Shown here: piece after piece, positions 25,301 through 35,344 of the stretch
Layout of the letters: the number at the start of each line of letters is the position of its first letter
Position numbering within the stretch: position 1 is the first letter of the stretch
Source of the DNA: Squalus acanthias
Lineage: Eukaryota
Length of the DNA stretch: 64,000 bases
Reading direction: 5' to 3'
Assembly: GCA_030390025.1 (NCBI GenBank)
Contig: JASTWF010000330.1
Coordinates: 248,001 to 312,000, forward strand
The notes under the pieces: model-generated
Told to the model about the DNA's origin: nothing
What the model saw: the letters and a program-made list of their open reading frames with translations, nothing else
Database searches by the model: none
Translations under genes and position numbers: made by a program

Positions 25301-28300
25301 CCGCGGCATGGTACATCGGCGAGACCATGCAGACACTGAGACAACGTATGAACGAGCACCGCACAACAATCGCCAGGCAGGATTGTTACCTCCCAGTCGG
25401 AGAACACTTCAGCAGTCAAGGACATTCAGCCTCGGATCTGCGGGTAAGCGTTCTCCAAGGCGGCCTTAGGAAAACACGACAACGCAAAATCATCGAGCAG
25501 AAACTGATAGCCAAGTTCCGCACTCATGAAGACGGTCTCAACCGGGATCTTGGGTTTATGTCACGATACATGACGTGATCCGGACTCGAGTCGTCGTTGG
25601 CTTGTTCACAGATGTGATTCCCAGTAAAAAAGTAAAAATTTTAAAGTTAATCGTTTTACATACAGACGGCAGCTTTTGACACGTTAGACCCCATGCGACT
25701 CCACCTCATTGTCTCAGTTGTATCTTGCTATGTCTTTGATGTGGTACCTTCCTGGCTGACCTGATTAACTTTATCACACCTCGGCAGATAAACAGTCAGG
25801 ATGATTGAATTTAGTTGTCTGCAATTGTAAGTTACACATGCATTGTTCTCTATCTATATATGCTTTGACGATTCTGTATCTCCTCACTTCACCCGACGAA
25901 GGAGTTGTAACTCCGAAAGCTTGTGATTTAAAATAAAACTGTTGGACTATAACCTGGTGTTGTGCGACCTCTCAATTTTATAAATAGAGGCATAGAGTAC
26001 AAAAGCAAAGAAGTTATGCTGAACATTTATAAATGACTGGTTCGGCCTCAGCGGGAGTATTGTGTCCAATTCAGTGTCAGCTGTAGCACACTCGCCTCTG
26101 AGTCAGAAGGTTGTGGGTTCAAATCCCACTCCAGGGACTCGAGCACATAAAGCTGGGCTGACACTCCCAGTGCAGTGATGAGGGAGTCACAGGATGTAGG
26201 CATCGCTGGAAAGCCCAGCATTTATTGCCCATCCCTAATTGCCCTCAAGAAGGCGGTGGGGGGCCACCTTATCGAAACAACTGAGTGGCTTGCTAGGCCG
26301 TTTCACAGGGCAGTTAAGAGTCAACCACATTGCTGTGGGTCTGGAGTCACATATAAGCCAGACCAGGTAAGGACGGCAGATTTCCTTTTACTAAAGGACA
26401 TTATTGAACCAGATGGATGTTTACAACCATCTGGTAGTTATATGATACTAGATTTTTGTTCCAAATTTATTTAATTAAGTTAATTTAAATTCCCCAGCTG
26501 CCGTGGCAGGATTTGAACTCACCGTCTCCAGATCATTAATACAGGCCTCTGGATTACTGGTCCAGTAACATAACCGCTACCGTACCCCGAAAGGTATGTT
26601 GGAACTTTAATGGGCACTGAGTGTTAGAGGGAGAATATTCACAGGATGAAGCCCTCCCATATCAGTAATGGGTCAGTACTGGGCAATGGTCTCTCTATAA
26701 CCCCCTCTGCTGTAGAGACTGCACTAATCCTTTGCCAAATGCACCCTCGGTGATGCTTGACTAGATTTAAATGCAGAGACCATCGCAGTCCCTTTACTGT
26801 CCCAATGTTAGCGGGGGAGCAGCAGTCAGTGTCTGGGACATTGACGTGTGGTCAGGTGCCTCACAGTGTCCTGTGTTCTGGTTACACAAACATTTTCCCA
26901 GCTCTCGCTGTCTCCTCACTCGGGTTTGCATATGTTGCTGAATGTGCACCTGTGGCCTTCAGCAGATCTTATCTGTGCCACTGATAAGAAGCGTCTGTTG
27001 TTCTCAGTCTGTGAGCATTCTCTGGAAAACACAACATCCTCCCACTTTTTACAGGCCAACATTGTCGTAGTGTCAGCTGTGGCTCAGTGGGTAGTTCACT
27101 CGCCTCTGAGTCTAAAAGGTTGTGGGTTCACAGTCCCACTCCAGGGACTTGTAGCACATAAAGCTAGGCTGACACTCCAGTGCAGTGCTGAGGGAGTGCC
27201 GCACTGTCGGAGGTGCCGTCTTTCAGATGAGACGTTCAACCGAGGCCCCGTCTGCTCTCTCAGGTGGATGTATAAGATCCCATGGCACTATTTTGAAGAA
27301 GAGCAGGGGAGTTATCCCTGCTGTCCTGACCAATATATATCCCTCAACCAACATAACAAAAACAGATTATCTGGTCATTAGCACATTGCTGTTTGTGGGA
27401 GCTTGCTGTGTGCAAATTGGCTGCTGTGCTTCCCACAATACAACAGTGACTACACTCCAAAAGTACTTCATTGGCTGTAAAGCGCTTTGAGACATCTGGT
27501 GGTCGTGAAAGGCGCTATATAAATGCAAGTCTTTCTTTCAATTCTGGGCAACACACTTTGGGAAGGATGGCAATGCCTTAGCGAGAGGGTGCATTGGAGA
27601 TTGACTAGAATCGGACCAGGGATGAGCGACTTCAGTTATGTGGAGAAGCTGGGGTTGTTCTCCTTCGAGCAGAGAAATTGAAGCAGGGACCTAACAGAGG
27701 TGTTCAACAACATGAAGGGGTTTGAGAGAGTAGATAGGGAGAAATTGTTTCCAGTGGCAGCAGGTTCGTAACCAGAGGACACAGATTGAAGATAATTGGC
27801 AAAAGAACCAGAGGGGAGATGAGGAAAAACGTATTTTCTGCAGCGAGTTACGATGACCTGGAATGCACTGCCTGAAAGGGTGGTGGCAGCAGATTCAAAA
27901 GTAACTTTCAAAAGGGAATTGGAGAAATATTGAAAAGGAAGCATTTGCAGGGTTATGGGGAAAGAGCCAGGGGCCTTGGGACGATTTGGACAGCTCCTTC
28001 AAAGAGCCGGCACGATGGGTTGAATGGCCTCTTGCTGTGCTGTATGATTCTATGATCTCAGTCCCCAGATGAAATTAGATTTGGAATAACTCTCTGTTGC
28101 TGGTACTTCATTGATAAAACTATTAAATTATATATACATAAATATTGAATATATAAATAAATTGGAGGCTGACTATAAATAGTATTTCAATGATACATTG
28201 TATAAATGATCTGCTAAATATACTATCTAAACACTGAGTATATGTACATGAAATATAAATATTATGATAAATATAAAAACTGAATGGAATCATAACAAAT

Positions 28301-31300
28301 AAATCACAATGGGAAATATAACCAAATAAATCAATGTAATTCATTTTTAAATGTACCAATATATAAATATAACTATTAAATTAAAAGAACAAATACATTT
28401 AGCGAAATATTAGAAAGAAGTAGATAAAGATTAACAATATTTGCATAAGTAAAGAACAATGATTACGGAGAATCTTAAAGATATAACATTTCCTCAATTA
28501 TCTCGAGTCCAAGAAGGAGGAGAATAAATAATATCAATTAATAATACAAATATTAAAGATCTATTCCAAATCCACAATAAATAATATCAAACAATGAGAC
28601 AAATATTAAAGATCTATTCCAAATCCACAATAAATAATATCATCAATGAGACAAATATTAAAGATCTATTACAAATCCACAATAAATAATATCAAACAAT
28701 GAGACAAATATTAAAGATCTATTCCAAATCCACAATAAATAATATCAAACAATGAGACAAATATTAAAGATCTATTCCAAATCCACAATAAATAATATCA
28801 TCAATGAGACAAATATTAAAGATCTATTACAAATCCACAATAAATAATATCATCAATGAGACAAATATTAAAGATCTATTCCAAATCCACAATAAATAAT
28901 ATCAAATAATGAGACAAATATTAAAGATCTATTCCAAATCCACAATAAATAATATCATCAATGAGACAAATATTAAAGATCTATTCCAAATCCACAATAA
29001 ATAATATCATCAATGAGACAAATATTAAAGATCTATTCCAAATCCACAATAAATAATATCAAATAATGAGACAAATATTAAAGATCTATTCCAAATCCAC
29101 AATAAATAATATCATCAATGAGACAAATATTAAAGATCTATTACAAATCCACAATAAATAATATCATCAATGAGACAAATATTAAAGATCTATTCCAAAT
29201 CCACAATAAATAATATCAAATAATGAGACAAATATTAAAGATCTATTCCAAATCCACAATAAATAATATCATCAATGAGACAAATATTAAAGATCTATTC
29301 CAAATCCACAATAAATAATATCAATGAGACAAATATTAAAGATCTATTCCAAATCCACAATAAATAATATCATCAATGAGACAAATATTAAAGATCTATT
29401 CCAAATCCACAATAAATAATATCAAATAATAAGACAAATATTAAAGCTCTATTCCAAATCCACAATAAATAACATCAATGAGACAAATATTAAAGATCTA
29501 TTCCAAATGCATAATAATCAATAATGCAAATAAATATTACAGATGCATAATAAATAATATCAATCAAGAATGCAAATATTAAAGATCTGTTACAAATGCA
29601 TACATTTTAAATCTGCTGGCTACTAAAAGTATAATTAATAGGAATTTAAGGTTTTAAATATGAACTCCATGTTTGAACCTCTCCAATTAGGTTTCCACTC
29701 CTGGCACAGCCCTGAAACGGCTCTTGTTAAAGTCACAACTGACATCCTCTGTGATTGTGACCGTGGTACACTAACCCTCCTCAGCCTTCTTCACCTGTCG
29801 GCAACCTTTGACACGGTTGACCACACCATCCTCCTCCAACGCCTCTCCTCCCTTGTCCAGCTGGGTGGGACTGCTGCTCACCTGGTTCCACTCATACCTG
29901 CCCAGTCATAGCCAGAGAATATCCTGCAAAGCCTTCTCTACCCGCTCCTGCCTGTTACCTCTGGAGTCCCCCAATGACCTATCCTTTGCACCCTCCTATT
30001 TCTCATCAACATGTTGCCCTGCTACCGACAGAGCTCAGCTTCCGACCTCTTACCCGTGTAAGGGATTCTGACCCTGCGTGTCTCGCAGCCTGTGAGATTC
30101 CCGCGGCTCTGTGCAGCCTGTATGTCAGTGCGGGTCTAGGCCTTGTTGCCTGTTCTGGTCTCCAGCCAGTCTGGGAACACTAGACACACCTGTGAGTGGT
30201 TCGAATCACTCTCCCTTACGGTTCTAGACACTGGACTTAGATGCGAGAGCAGTAATGGAGATGAAACTCATGTAGACTAGGTTTGAATGGTACGAAATGG
30301 AAAATCTTTATTGCATGATACTTAAGATTATGAAATACATGTCATAAGCACAGATTAATGACAGTACAATCTTACAAACAGTTATATAGTCGATCTTAGG
30401 GAAACGAGGAACGAACGGCACATAGTAAATAGGGGCACACATTACAAATATCCTTAATCCTTAAACCCTCCCCTATCAATATCTATCCTAACTAGATTCG
30501 TAGGATTTCGAGACTCATGCTCACCACTCGTGATAACTCGGAGAAATTCCGAATAGCTGATCGGATGTTTTCCACCGCAGCACCCACGTGTCGGTCAGAT
30601 CATCTCCTGGTCCCACTTGTTTACTTGCTTCTGCTGCTCCGGCTAGCAGGCTGGAACGTCTGCTGTGATGAAGATCTGTATTGGTGGTTTTCACATTCCA
30701 GTTATATCATCGATGCGATATGTTTCGTTATAAGTTCGAAGAAGTCTTCCTGGCAAGGAAAACTTGGCTAATCGACCTACAGGCGCGGTCGGAATTTACT
30801 GACCGTGGCGATGGATATGGTCTTCCTCTCTCCTCATCTCATCTCATCTCATCTCGGGCCTTTGGTTCCGATACCAGTTACCAATATAGGTCTTCGTTAC
30901 GCGACACGAGGTAGATCCGAACGGATCAGAAAGTTCAACAGTCCTTTTCAAAAGAGGCAACAGGCAAGCAGGAGCGAGCCCAACTACGAGTACACAGGAG
31001 CAGCCACGAGGTTACGAAAAACAAGAGCATAGGAGCAGCCACGATGATAAGAGAAAGATGGACGGTTTGGAGCCTGCAATTATAGTGCAAAAATCTTCCG
31101 TTTCCCGCCCAACTATAATGTCCATTCTTTTGTTTAAGGTCTGGCGCTCAAATGTCTTGTATGGGTGATCTCCGTTCTTAATGGGTTTCGGGGCTACTCG
31201 TAAATGTCTGAGTACCTGTTAATATTTCTCCCATTGTTAAATCGGTCGGTGTTCTCCCTGGAGGGGTTTTTGGGGCTTCCAAGTGTTTTGTATAACTACC

Positions 31301-33256
31301 TGCTAACGGCTCTCTCATCGTAGAGTCGTTGGGATTTTACATATTAATGTCTTTTGGATGGGCCCTTGATTACTCGGTACAATGGCTTTCATTTGTACCT
31401 GGGAGACCGATTTCAGTATTTATGTGTATACTGCAAACCCATAATGTCTCGTGTATTATCTTCACTGTGCTGAATCTTAATCGATCTTGCACAAATGTTT
31501 ATTGGAACGCCATCTTGTCTGCCTGTTGAAAAGTCTAGAATGTTCTGTCACAAGGTGCGGCGGCCATTTTACAGGCTGCTTGTGTCCACTTTAAACCTGT
31601 CAGCATTCTGCTGAAATAAAAGCTGTTTGAACGAAACTCTGTGTTTTCTCCTTATTAATAAAATCGTGATATATTGCGAATTCTACACCCGCTCCATCAC
31701 AAAGATCGCCCACTTCCACCTCCACAATATCGGCCATCTCCGCCCTTGCCTCTGCCTATCTTCTGCTGAAACCCTCATCTTTGTCCAGACTCAACTATTC
31801 CACTACAAAGGCAAAATACTGTGGATGCTGGAAATCTGAAATAAAAACAGAAAATGCTGGAAATACTCGGCAGGTCAGGCAGCATCTTTGGAGAGAGAAA
31901 AGCAGAGTTAATGTTTCAAGTCGATAACGTTTTGACGATGGGTCATCGACCTGAAACGTTGACTCTGTTTCTCTCTCCACAGATGCTGCCTGACTTGCTG
32001 ATTATTTCCTGCATTTTCTGTTTTTATTTCAACTATTCCAATGCTCTCCTGGCCGGTCTTCCATCTTCCACTCTCCATAAACTTGAGCTCATCCAACACT
32101 CTGCTTCCTGTATCTTAACTTGCACCAAGTTTCGTTCACACATCACCACAGTGCTCGCTGACCTATATTGGTTCGCAGTCTGCAAAGGCCTCTGGTGTAC
32201 AATTTTCATCCTCGTGTTCAAATTCTTTCATTTCTTTGCCCCTCCCGATCTCTGTAATCTCCTCCAACTCTCTCTGTTTCTCTGACTCAAGCCTCTGGAA
32301 CACCTGCCCTCCACTCATTAGCCGAGGCATCGAATATAAGAGCAGGGAGGTTGTGATGGAGCTGCACAAAACGCTAGTTAGGCCACAGCTGGAATACTGT
32401 GTGCAGTTCTGGTCGCCACACTACAGGAAGGATGTGATCGCTTTGGAGAGGGTGCAGAGGAGATTCACCAGGATGTTACCCGGGCTGGAGTGCTTCAGCT
32501 ATGAAGAGAGACTGGACAGTTTGAGGTGGTTTTCCTGAGAGCAGAGAAGGCTGAGGGGGGAACCTGATTGATGTGTACAAAATTATGCGGGGCATAGATA
32601 GGGTAGATAGAAAGGAACTTTTCCCCTTAGTAGAGGGGTCAATAACCAGGGGGCATAGTTTCAAGGTAAGGGGAAGGAGGTTTAGAGGGGATTTGAGGAC
32701 AAACTTTTTCACCCAGAGGGTGGTTGGAATCTGGAACTCACTGCCTGAAAGGGTGGTAGAGGCAGGAACCCTCATAACATTCAAGAAGCATTTAGATGAG
32801 CACTTGAAACGCCATAGCATACAAGGCTACGGACCAAGTGCTGGATAATGGGATTAGAATAGATAGGGCTTGATGGCAGGCGTGGACACGATGGGCCGAA
32901 GGGCCTCTTTCTGTGCTGTATGACTTTATGACTCTATGACCCTTTCCCCACCGTTGGCAGCTGTGCTTTTAGCCACCCAGACCTCAAGCTCTGGAATTCC
33001 CTTCCTAAACCTCTCCGCCTCTCCAGCTCCCTCTCCTCCTTTAAGACCCTTCTTAAAACTTCTGGTCGCCCCTCCAGACATCTCCTTCTCTGACATGTCA
33101 TCTGATCCTTGATCAGATCTCTGAACCACCATGGGAGATTATTCTACGTGAAGACGTTAAATAAACACAACTTGCTCTGGTTGTACAAAGGGTGCAGTTT
33201 CTCTATAATGAAAAGTACTTACTCAGGTAACCCAGAATCAGCAACAGAGTCCTCAT
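1249..33256 (-). CDS. Multi-exon gene (span of visible coding exons): secreted/surface uromodulin/GP2/OIT3-like protein; signal peptide + 2 D8C/D10C cassettes + Ser/Thr-rich repeat stalk; 3' end not identified in window
   Basis: Manual splicing with AG/GT boundaries and matching phases gives MRTLLLILGYL-IAGSALT-DPCVNHTVLDQSWRSTDCSGTQCSGELMSDKNLDYGWYRFQSSGGWKIPETDVPEMHCSTNAPGWLNGAHPTVVQGEVTRTVCFHWFESSCHWSREIKVKNCSSYFVYELKPTRWYNYAYCT-DPETSTSQE... The motifs DPC..LD..WRST, GWYRF, WLNG.HP, YVY.L and AYCTD match the UMOD/GP2 D8C(D10C) domain from memory; no database search was run. Confidence 0.88.
3242..3322 (-). CDS. Ser/Thr-rich stalk repeat exon (81 nt)
   Basis: ttattacag|...|gtatct; DPDAFTTQSTRESTDRSSTIPVGSADS. 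Confidence 0.78.
5945..6025 (-). CDS. Ser/Thr-rich stalk repeat exon (81 nt)
   Basis: ttattacag|...|gtatct; DPDAFTTQSTRESTDRSSTIPVGSAAS. Confidence 0.78.
7712..7792 (-). CDS. Ser/Thr-rich stalk repeat exon (81 nt)
   Basis: tttcatgcag|...|gtatct; DPDTSTTQSTQESTDRSSTIPVGSAAS. Confidence 0.75.
9062..9142 (-). CDS. Ser/Thr-rich stalk repeat exon (81 nt)
   Basis: AG/GT flanked, phase 1-1; DPDTSTTQSTQESIDRSSTIPVGSAAS. Confidence 0.78.
11110..11190 (-). CDS. Ser/Thr-rich stalk repeat exon (81 nt)
   Basis: ttatttcag|...|gtatct; DPDTSTTQSTRESTDRSNTIPLGGAAS. Confidence 0.78.
13631..13726 (-). CDS. First stalk exon (96 nt, phase 1-1)
   Basis: ctttattacag|AT...TCA G|gtatcg; encodes DPETSTSQEHEQPPNQEATDDSSTIPAGSAAS, a longer relative of the 81-nt repeat exons. 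Confidence 0.8.
13747..13985. repeat. ~120-bp tandem duplication (intronic)
   Basis: acatgggagagtggagga...ccagaatactccaatcc..ttccccgt occurs twice. Confidence 0.85.
14387..14551 (-). CDS. D10C cassette B, exon 3 (165 nt, phase 1-1)
   Basis: atttcag|GA...ACA G|gtacgt; encodes GAHPTVVQGEVTRTVCFHWFESSCHWSREIKVKNCSSYFVYELKPTRWYNYAYCT (lies within ORF 14352..14585-). Confidence 0.9.
14645..14721 (-). CDS. D10C cassette B, exon 2 (77 nt)
   Basis: tttgtttcag|T...AAC G|gtac; encodes SGGWKIPETDVPEMHCSTNAPGWLN. Confidence 0.88.
14820..17760. repeat. 49-bp minisatellite (cassette B intron)
   Basis: Unit ctatcccgggtatctccctttactctctgtccccgttctatattcccct, about 60 copies. Confidence 0.95.
17944..18088 (-). 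CDS. D10C cassette B, exon 1 (145 nt, phase 1-2)
   Basis: ctcag|TCGCAG...CAAAG|gtaatg; encodes AGSALTDPCVNHTVLDQSWRSTDCSGTQCSGELMSDKNLDYGWYRFQ. An alternative in-phase AG lies 6 nt downstream (exon start 18082). Confidence 0.88.
18219..18812. repeat. ~74-bp minisatellite
   Basis: Unit gtgagagatatcatggggtatctcagtccccaggtgaacactgagtgcagatggtgagggacactcgatggtca, about 8 copies. Confidence 0.93.
18835..19685 (+). mobile_element. L2-type LINE 3' fragment, degenerate
   Basis: FHVYADDTQLY, then ETLIRAF..SRLDYSN.LL.GLP..L..IQNSAA..LHWLPV and PKLWNSLP. Confidence 0.85.
20117..20280 (-). pseudogene. D10C cassette A, exon 3 (164 nt; 1-nt deletion near 20216 gives a frameshift and an early TAA)
   Basis: Splice sites intact, but 164 nt against 165 nt in cassette B. 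GAA AAT CCT GCC ACT GGT CCC GGG AGA TAA replaces GAA AGT TCC TGC. The distal original frame still reads ..ELKPTRWCHYAYCT. Confidence 0.75.
20374..20450 (-). CDS. D10C cassette A, exon 2 (77 nt, phase 2-1)
   Basis: tttcag|T TCTGGTGGA...AAG G|gtac; encodes SGGWKIPETVVPIHHCCTKYPGWLK. Confidence 0.85.
20548..22610. repeat. 49-bp minisatellite (cassette A intron)
   Basis: Same unit as 14820-17760, about 42 copies. Confidence 0.95.
22798..22942 (-). CDS. D10C cassette A, exon 1 (145 nt, phase 1-2)
   Basis: ctcag|TCGCAGGCTCC...CAGAG|gtaatg; encodes AGSALTDPCVKHTVLDQSWRSTDCSGTQCYRQWKCDNNLDYGWYRFQ. Confidence 0.85.
23073..24078. repeat. 72-74-bp minisatellite (paralogue of 18219-18812)
   Basis: Same unit, about 13-14 copies. 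Confidence 0.93.
24372..25975 (+). mobile_element. Penelope-like retroelement, 5'-truncated (RT + GIY-YIG endonuclease, frameshift near 25115)
   Basis: GTAMG..FAPQYANIFM, YIDD, LYRKPTD; then VYLISC..WYIGET..LRQRMNEHR, VGEHF and GLNRD. The 3' terminal repeat carries a hammerhead-like motif. Inserted inside a CR1 fragment (about 24140-24371 and 25976-26072). Confidence 0.92.
27072..27540 (+). mobile_element. tRNA-derived SINE with Deu-domain-like core and L2-like tail (SacSINE1/DeuSINE-like)
   Basis: A-box-like tggctcagtgggt, B-box-like ggttcacagtccc, core ggtgccgtctttcagatgagacgtt, tail ggcgctatataaatgcaagtctttctttc. Partial copies at about 26075-26180, 57430-57577 (-) and 62990-63190. Confidence 0.75.
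27541..28055 (+). mobile_element. CR1 LINE 3' fragment
   Basis: Degenerate ORF2 C-terminus (LGLFSFEQRKL..DL.EVF..MKG..WNALP) and a (tatgattc)n tail. Confidence 0.8.
28545..29600. repeat. AT-rich 52/53-bp minisatellite
   Basis: Unit aatgagacaaatattaaagatctattccaaatccacaataaataatatca(aac/tc), about 18-19 copies. Confidence 0.95.
30020..31605 (-). mobile_element. Unclassified ~1.6-kb non-coding insertion, possibly a solo LTR
   Basis: Interrupts the L2, with TGCT...AGCA termini, relatively high CpG content and a minus-strand AATAAA near 30310. No clear target-site duplication. Confidence 0.4.
31808..32030. mobile_element. Palindromic non-autonomous Penelope-derived element
   Basis: Arms gaaataaaaacagaaaatgc...gagttaatgtttc and gaaacgttgactc...gcattttctgtttttatttc are inverted copies. 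Related half-copies at 37398-37530 and 46266-46442. Confidence 0.7.
32317..32938 (+). mobile_element. CR1 LINE 3' fragment
   Basis: ISRGIEYKSREV..LVRPQLEYCVQFWSPHYRKD..; FFTQRVVGIWNSLP; tatgactc tail. Confidence 0.92.
33223..33256 (-). CDS. Signal-peptide exon (coding part; exon 33223-33272)
   Basis: Acceptor ttttcctttccag, 16 nt of 5'UTR, then ATG..MRTLLLILGYL+A and a consensus donor GTAAGT. Phase 1 joins in frame to either D10C cassette (..YL-IAGSALT-DPC). Confidence 0.8.
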
Positions 33257-33398
33257 CTCACGGAGTGATATTCTGGAAAGGAAAATGCAGAATTAGTGTC
33301 AGAGAGCTTGAAGGGGATGGGGGATCCGAGGGAAATTTAAATAGGGAGTGCGACAGGCAATCATTGAGAACATCTATCTATAGTGGGTGAGCTTTAAC

Positions 33399-35342
33399 TC
33401 ACTGGGACCACACAGACAGAGGTGGGCTCTACCTCTCTCCATCACTGGGACCACACAGACAGAGGTGAGCTCTACCTCTCTCCATCACTGGGACCACACA
33501 GACAGAGGTGAGCTCTACCTCTCTCCCTCACTGGGTCCCTACAGACAGAGGTGAGCTCTACCTCTCTCCCTCACTGGGACCCCTACAGACAGAGGTGGGC
33601 TCTACCTCTCTCCCTCACTGGGACCCCTACAGATAGAGGTGAGCTCTACCTCTCTCCCTCACTGGGACCCCTACAGATAGAGGTGAGCTCTACCTCTCTC
33701 CCTCACTGGGACCCCTACAGACAGAGGTGAGTTCTACCTCTCTCCCTCACTGGGTCCCTACAGACAGAGGTGGGCTCTACCTCTCTCCCTCACTGGGACC
33801 CCTACAGACAGAGGTGAGCTCTACCTCTCTCCCTCACTGGGTCCCTACAGACAGAGGTGGGCTCTACCTCTCTCCCTCACTGGGACCCTACAGATAGAGG
33901 TGAGCTCTACCTCTCTCCCTCACTGGGACCCCTACAGACAGAGGTGGGCTCTACCTCTCTCCCTCACTGGGACCCCTACAGACAGAGGTGAGCTCTACCT
34001 CTCTCCCTCACTGGGACCCCTACAGATAGAGGTGAGCTCTACCTCTCTCCCTCACTGGGACCCCTACAGATAGAGGTGAGCTCTACCTCTCTCCCTCACT
34101 GGGACCCCTACAGACAGAGGTGGGCTCTACCTCTCTCCCTCACTGGGACCCCTACAGACAGAGGTGAGCTCTACCTCTCTCCCTCACCGGGACCCCTACA
34201 GACAGAGGTGAGCTCTACCTCTCTCCCTCACTGGGACCACTACAGATAGAGGTGAGCTCTACCTCTCTCCCTCACTGGGACCACCGCAGATAGAGGTGAG
34301 CTCTACCTCTCTCCCTCACTGGGACCCCTACAGATAGAGGTGAGCTCTACCTCTCTCCCTCACTGGGACCACTACAGATAGAGGTGGGCTCTACCTCTCT
34401 CCCTCACTGGGACCCCTACAGATAGAGGTGAGCTCTACCTCTCTCCCTCACTGGGAGCACTACAGATAGAGGTGAGCTCTACCTCTCTCCCTCACTGGGA
34501 CCACCGCAGATAGAGGTGGGCTCTACCTCTCTCCCTCACTGGGACCCCTACAGATAGTGGTGAGCTCTACCTCTCTCCCTCACTGGGACCACTACAGATG
34601 GAGGTGAGTTCTACCTCTCTCCCTCACTGGGACCACTACAGATGGAGGTGAGTTCTACCTCTCTCCCTCACTGGGACCCCTACAGATGGAGGTGAGTTCT
34701 ACCTCTCTCCCTCACTGGGACCCCTACAGATAGAGGTGAGCTCTACCTCTCTCCCTCACTGGGACCCCTACAGATGGAGGTGAGTTCTACCTCTCTCCCT
34801 CACTGGGACCCCTACAGATAGAGGTGAGCTCTACCTCTCTCCCTCACTGGGACCCCTACAGATAGAGGTGAGCTCTACCTCTCTCCCTCACTGGGACCCC
34901 TACAGATAGAGGTGATCTCTACCTCTCTCCCTCACTGGGACCCCTACAGATAGAGGTGAGCTCTACCTCTCTCCCTCACCGGGAGCACTACAGACAGAGG
35001 TGAGCTCTACCTCTCTCCCTCACTGGGACCCCTACAGATAGAGGTGAGCTCTACCTCTCTCCCTCACTGGGACCCCTACAGATAGAGGTGAGCTCTACCT
35101 CTCTCCCTCACTGGGACCACTACAGACAGAGTTGAGCTCTACCTCTCTCCCTCACTGGGACCACTACAGACAGAGGTGAGCTCTACCTCTCTCCCTCACT
35201 GGGACCACAACAGATAGAGGTGAGCTCTACCTCTCTCCCTCACTGGGATCACTACAGACAGAGGTGAGCTCTACCTCTCTCCCTCACTGGGACCACTACA
35301 GACAGAGGTGAGCTCTACTTCTCTCCCTCACTGGGACCACAA
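33399..35342. repeat. 44-bp minisatellite with an internal inverted repeat
   Basis: Unit cactgggacccctacagacagaggtgagctctacctctctccct, about 44 copies, with AGAGGT..ACCTCT arms. The array resumes at about 36475-36550 beyond a CR1 insertion. Confidence 0.95.
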
Positions 35343-35344
35343 CA

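Larger units (their letters stand above)
29660..33170 (+). mobile_element. Fragmented L2-type LINE interrupted by three later insertions
   Basis: Q.GF...HSPETALVKVT.DI..LSATFDTVDH.ILL (29660-30019), then ETLIF..YSNALLAGLP (about 31680-32290) and a 3' end at about 32940-33170. Confidence 0.75.

Noticed and set aside
14387..33256. Assigning the gene symbol umod, gp2 or oit3
   Set aside because: Only the D10C domain is shared, no EGF or ZP exons are visible, and orthology needs a phylogeny and synteny.
18219..35342. CRISPR-like appearance of the 74-, 53- and 44-bp arrays (the 44-mer has a hairpin)
   Set aside because: Head-to-tail units without unique spacers, no cas genes, and a eukaryotic context.
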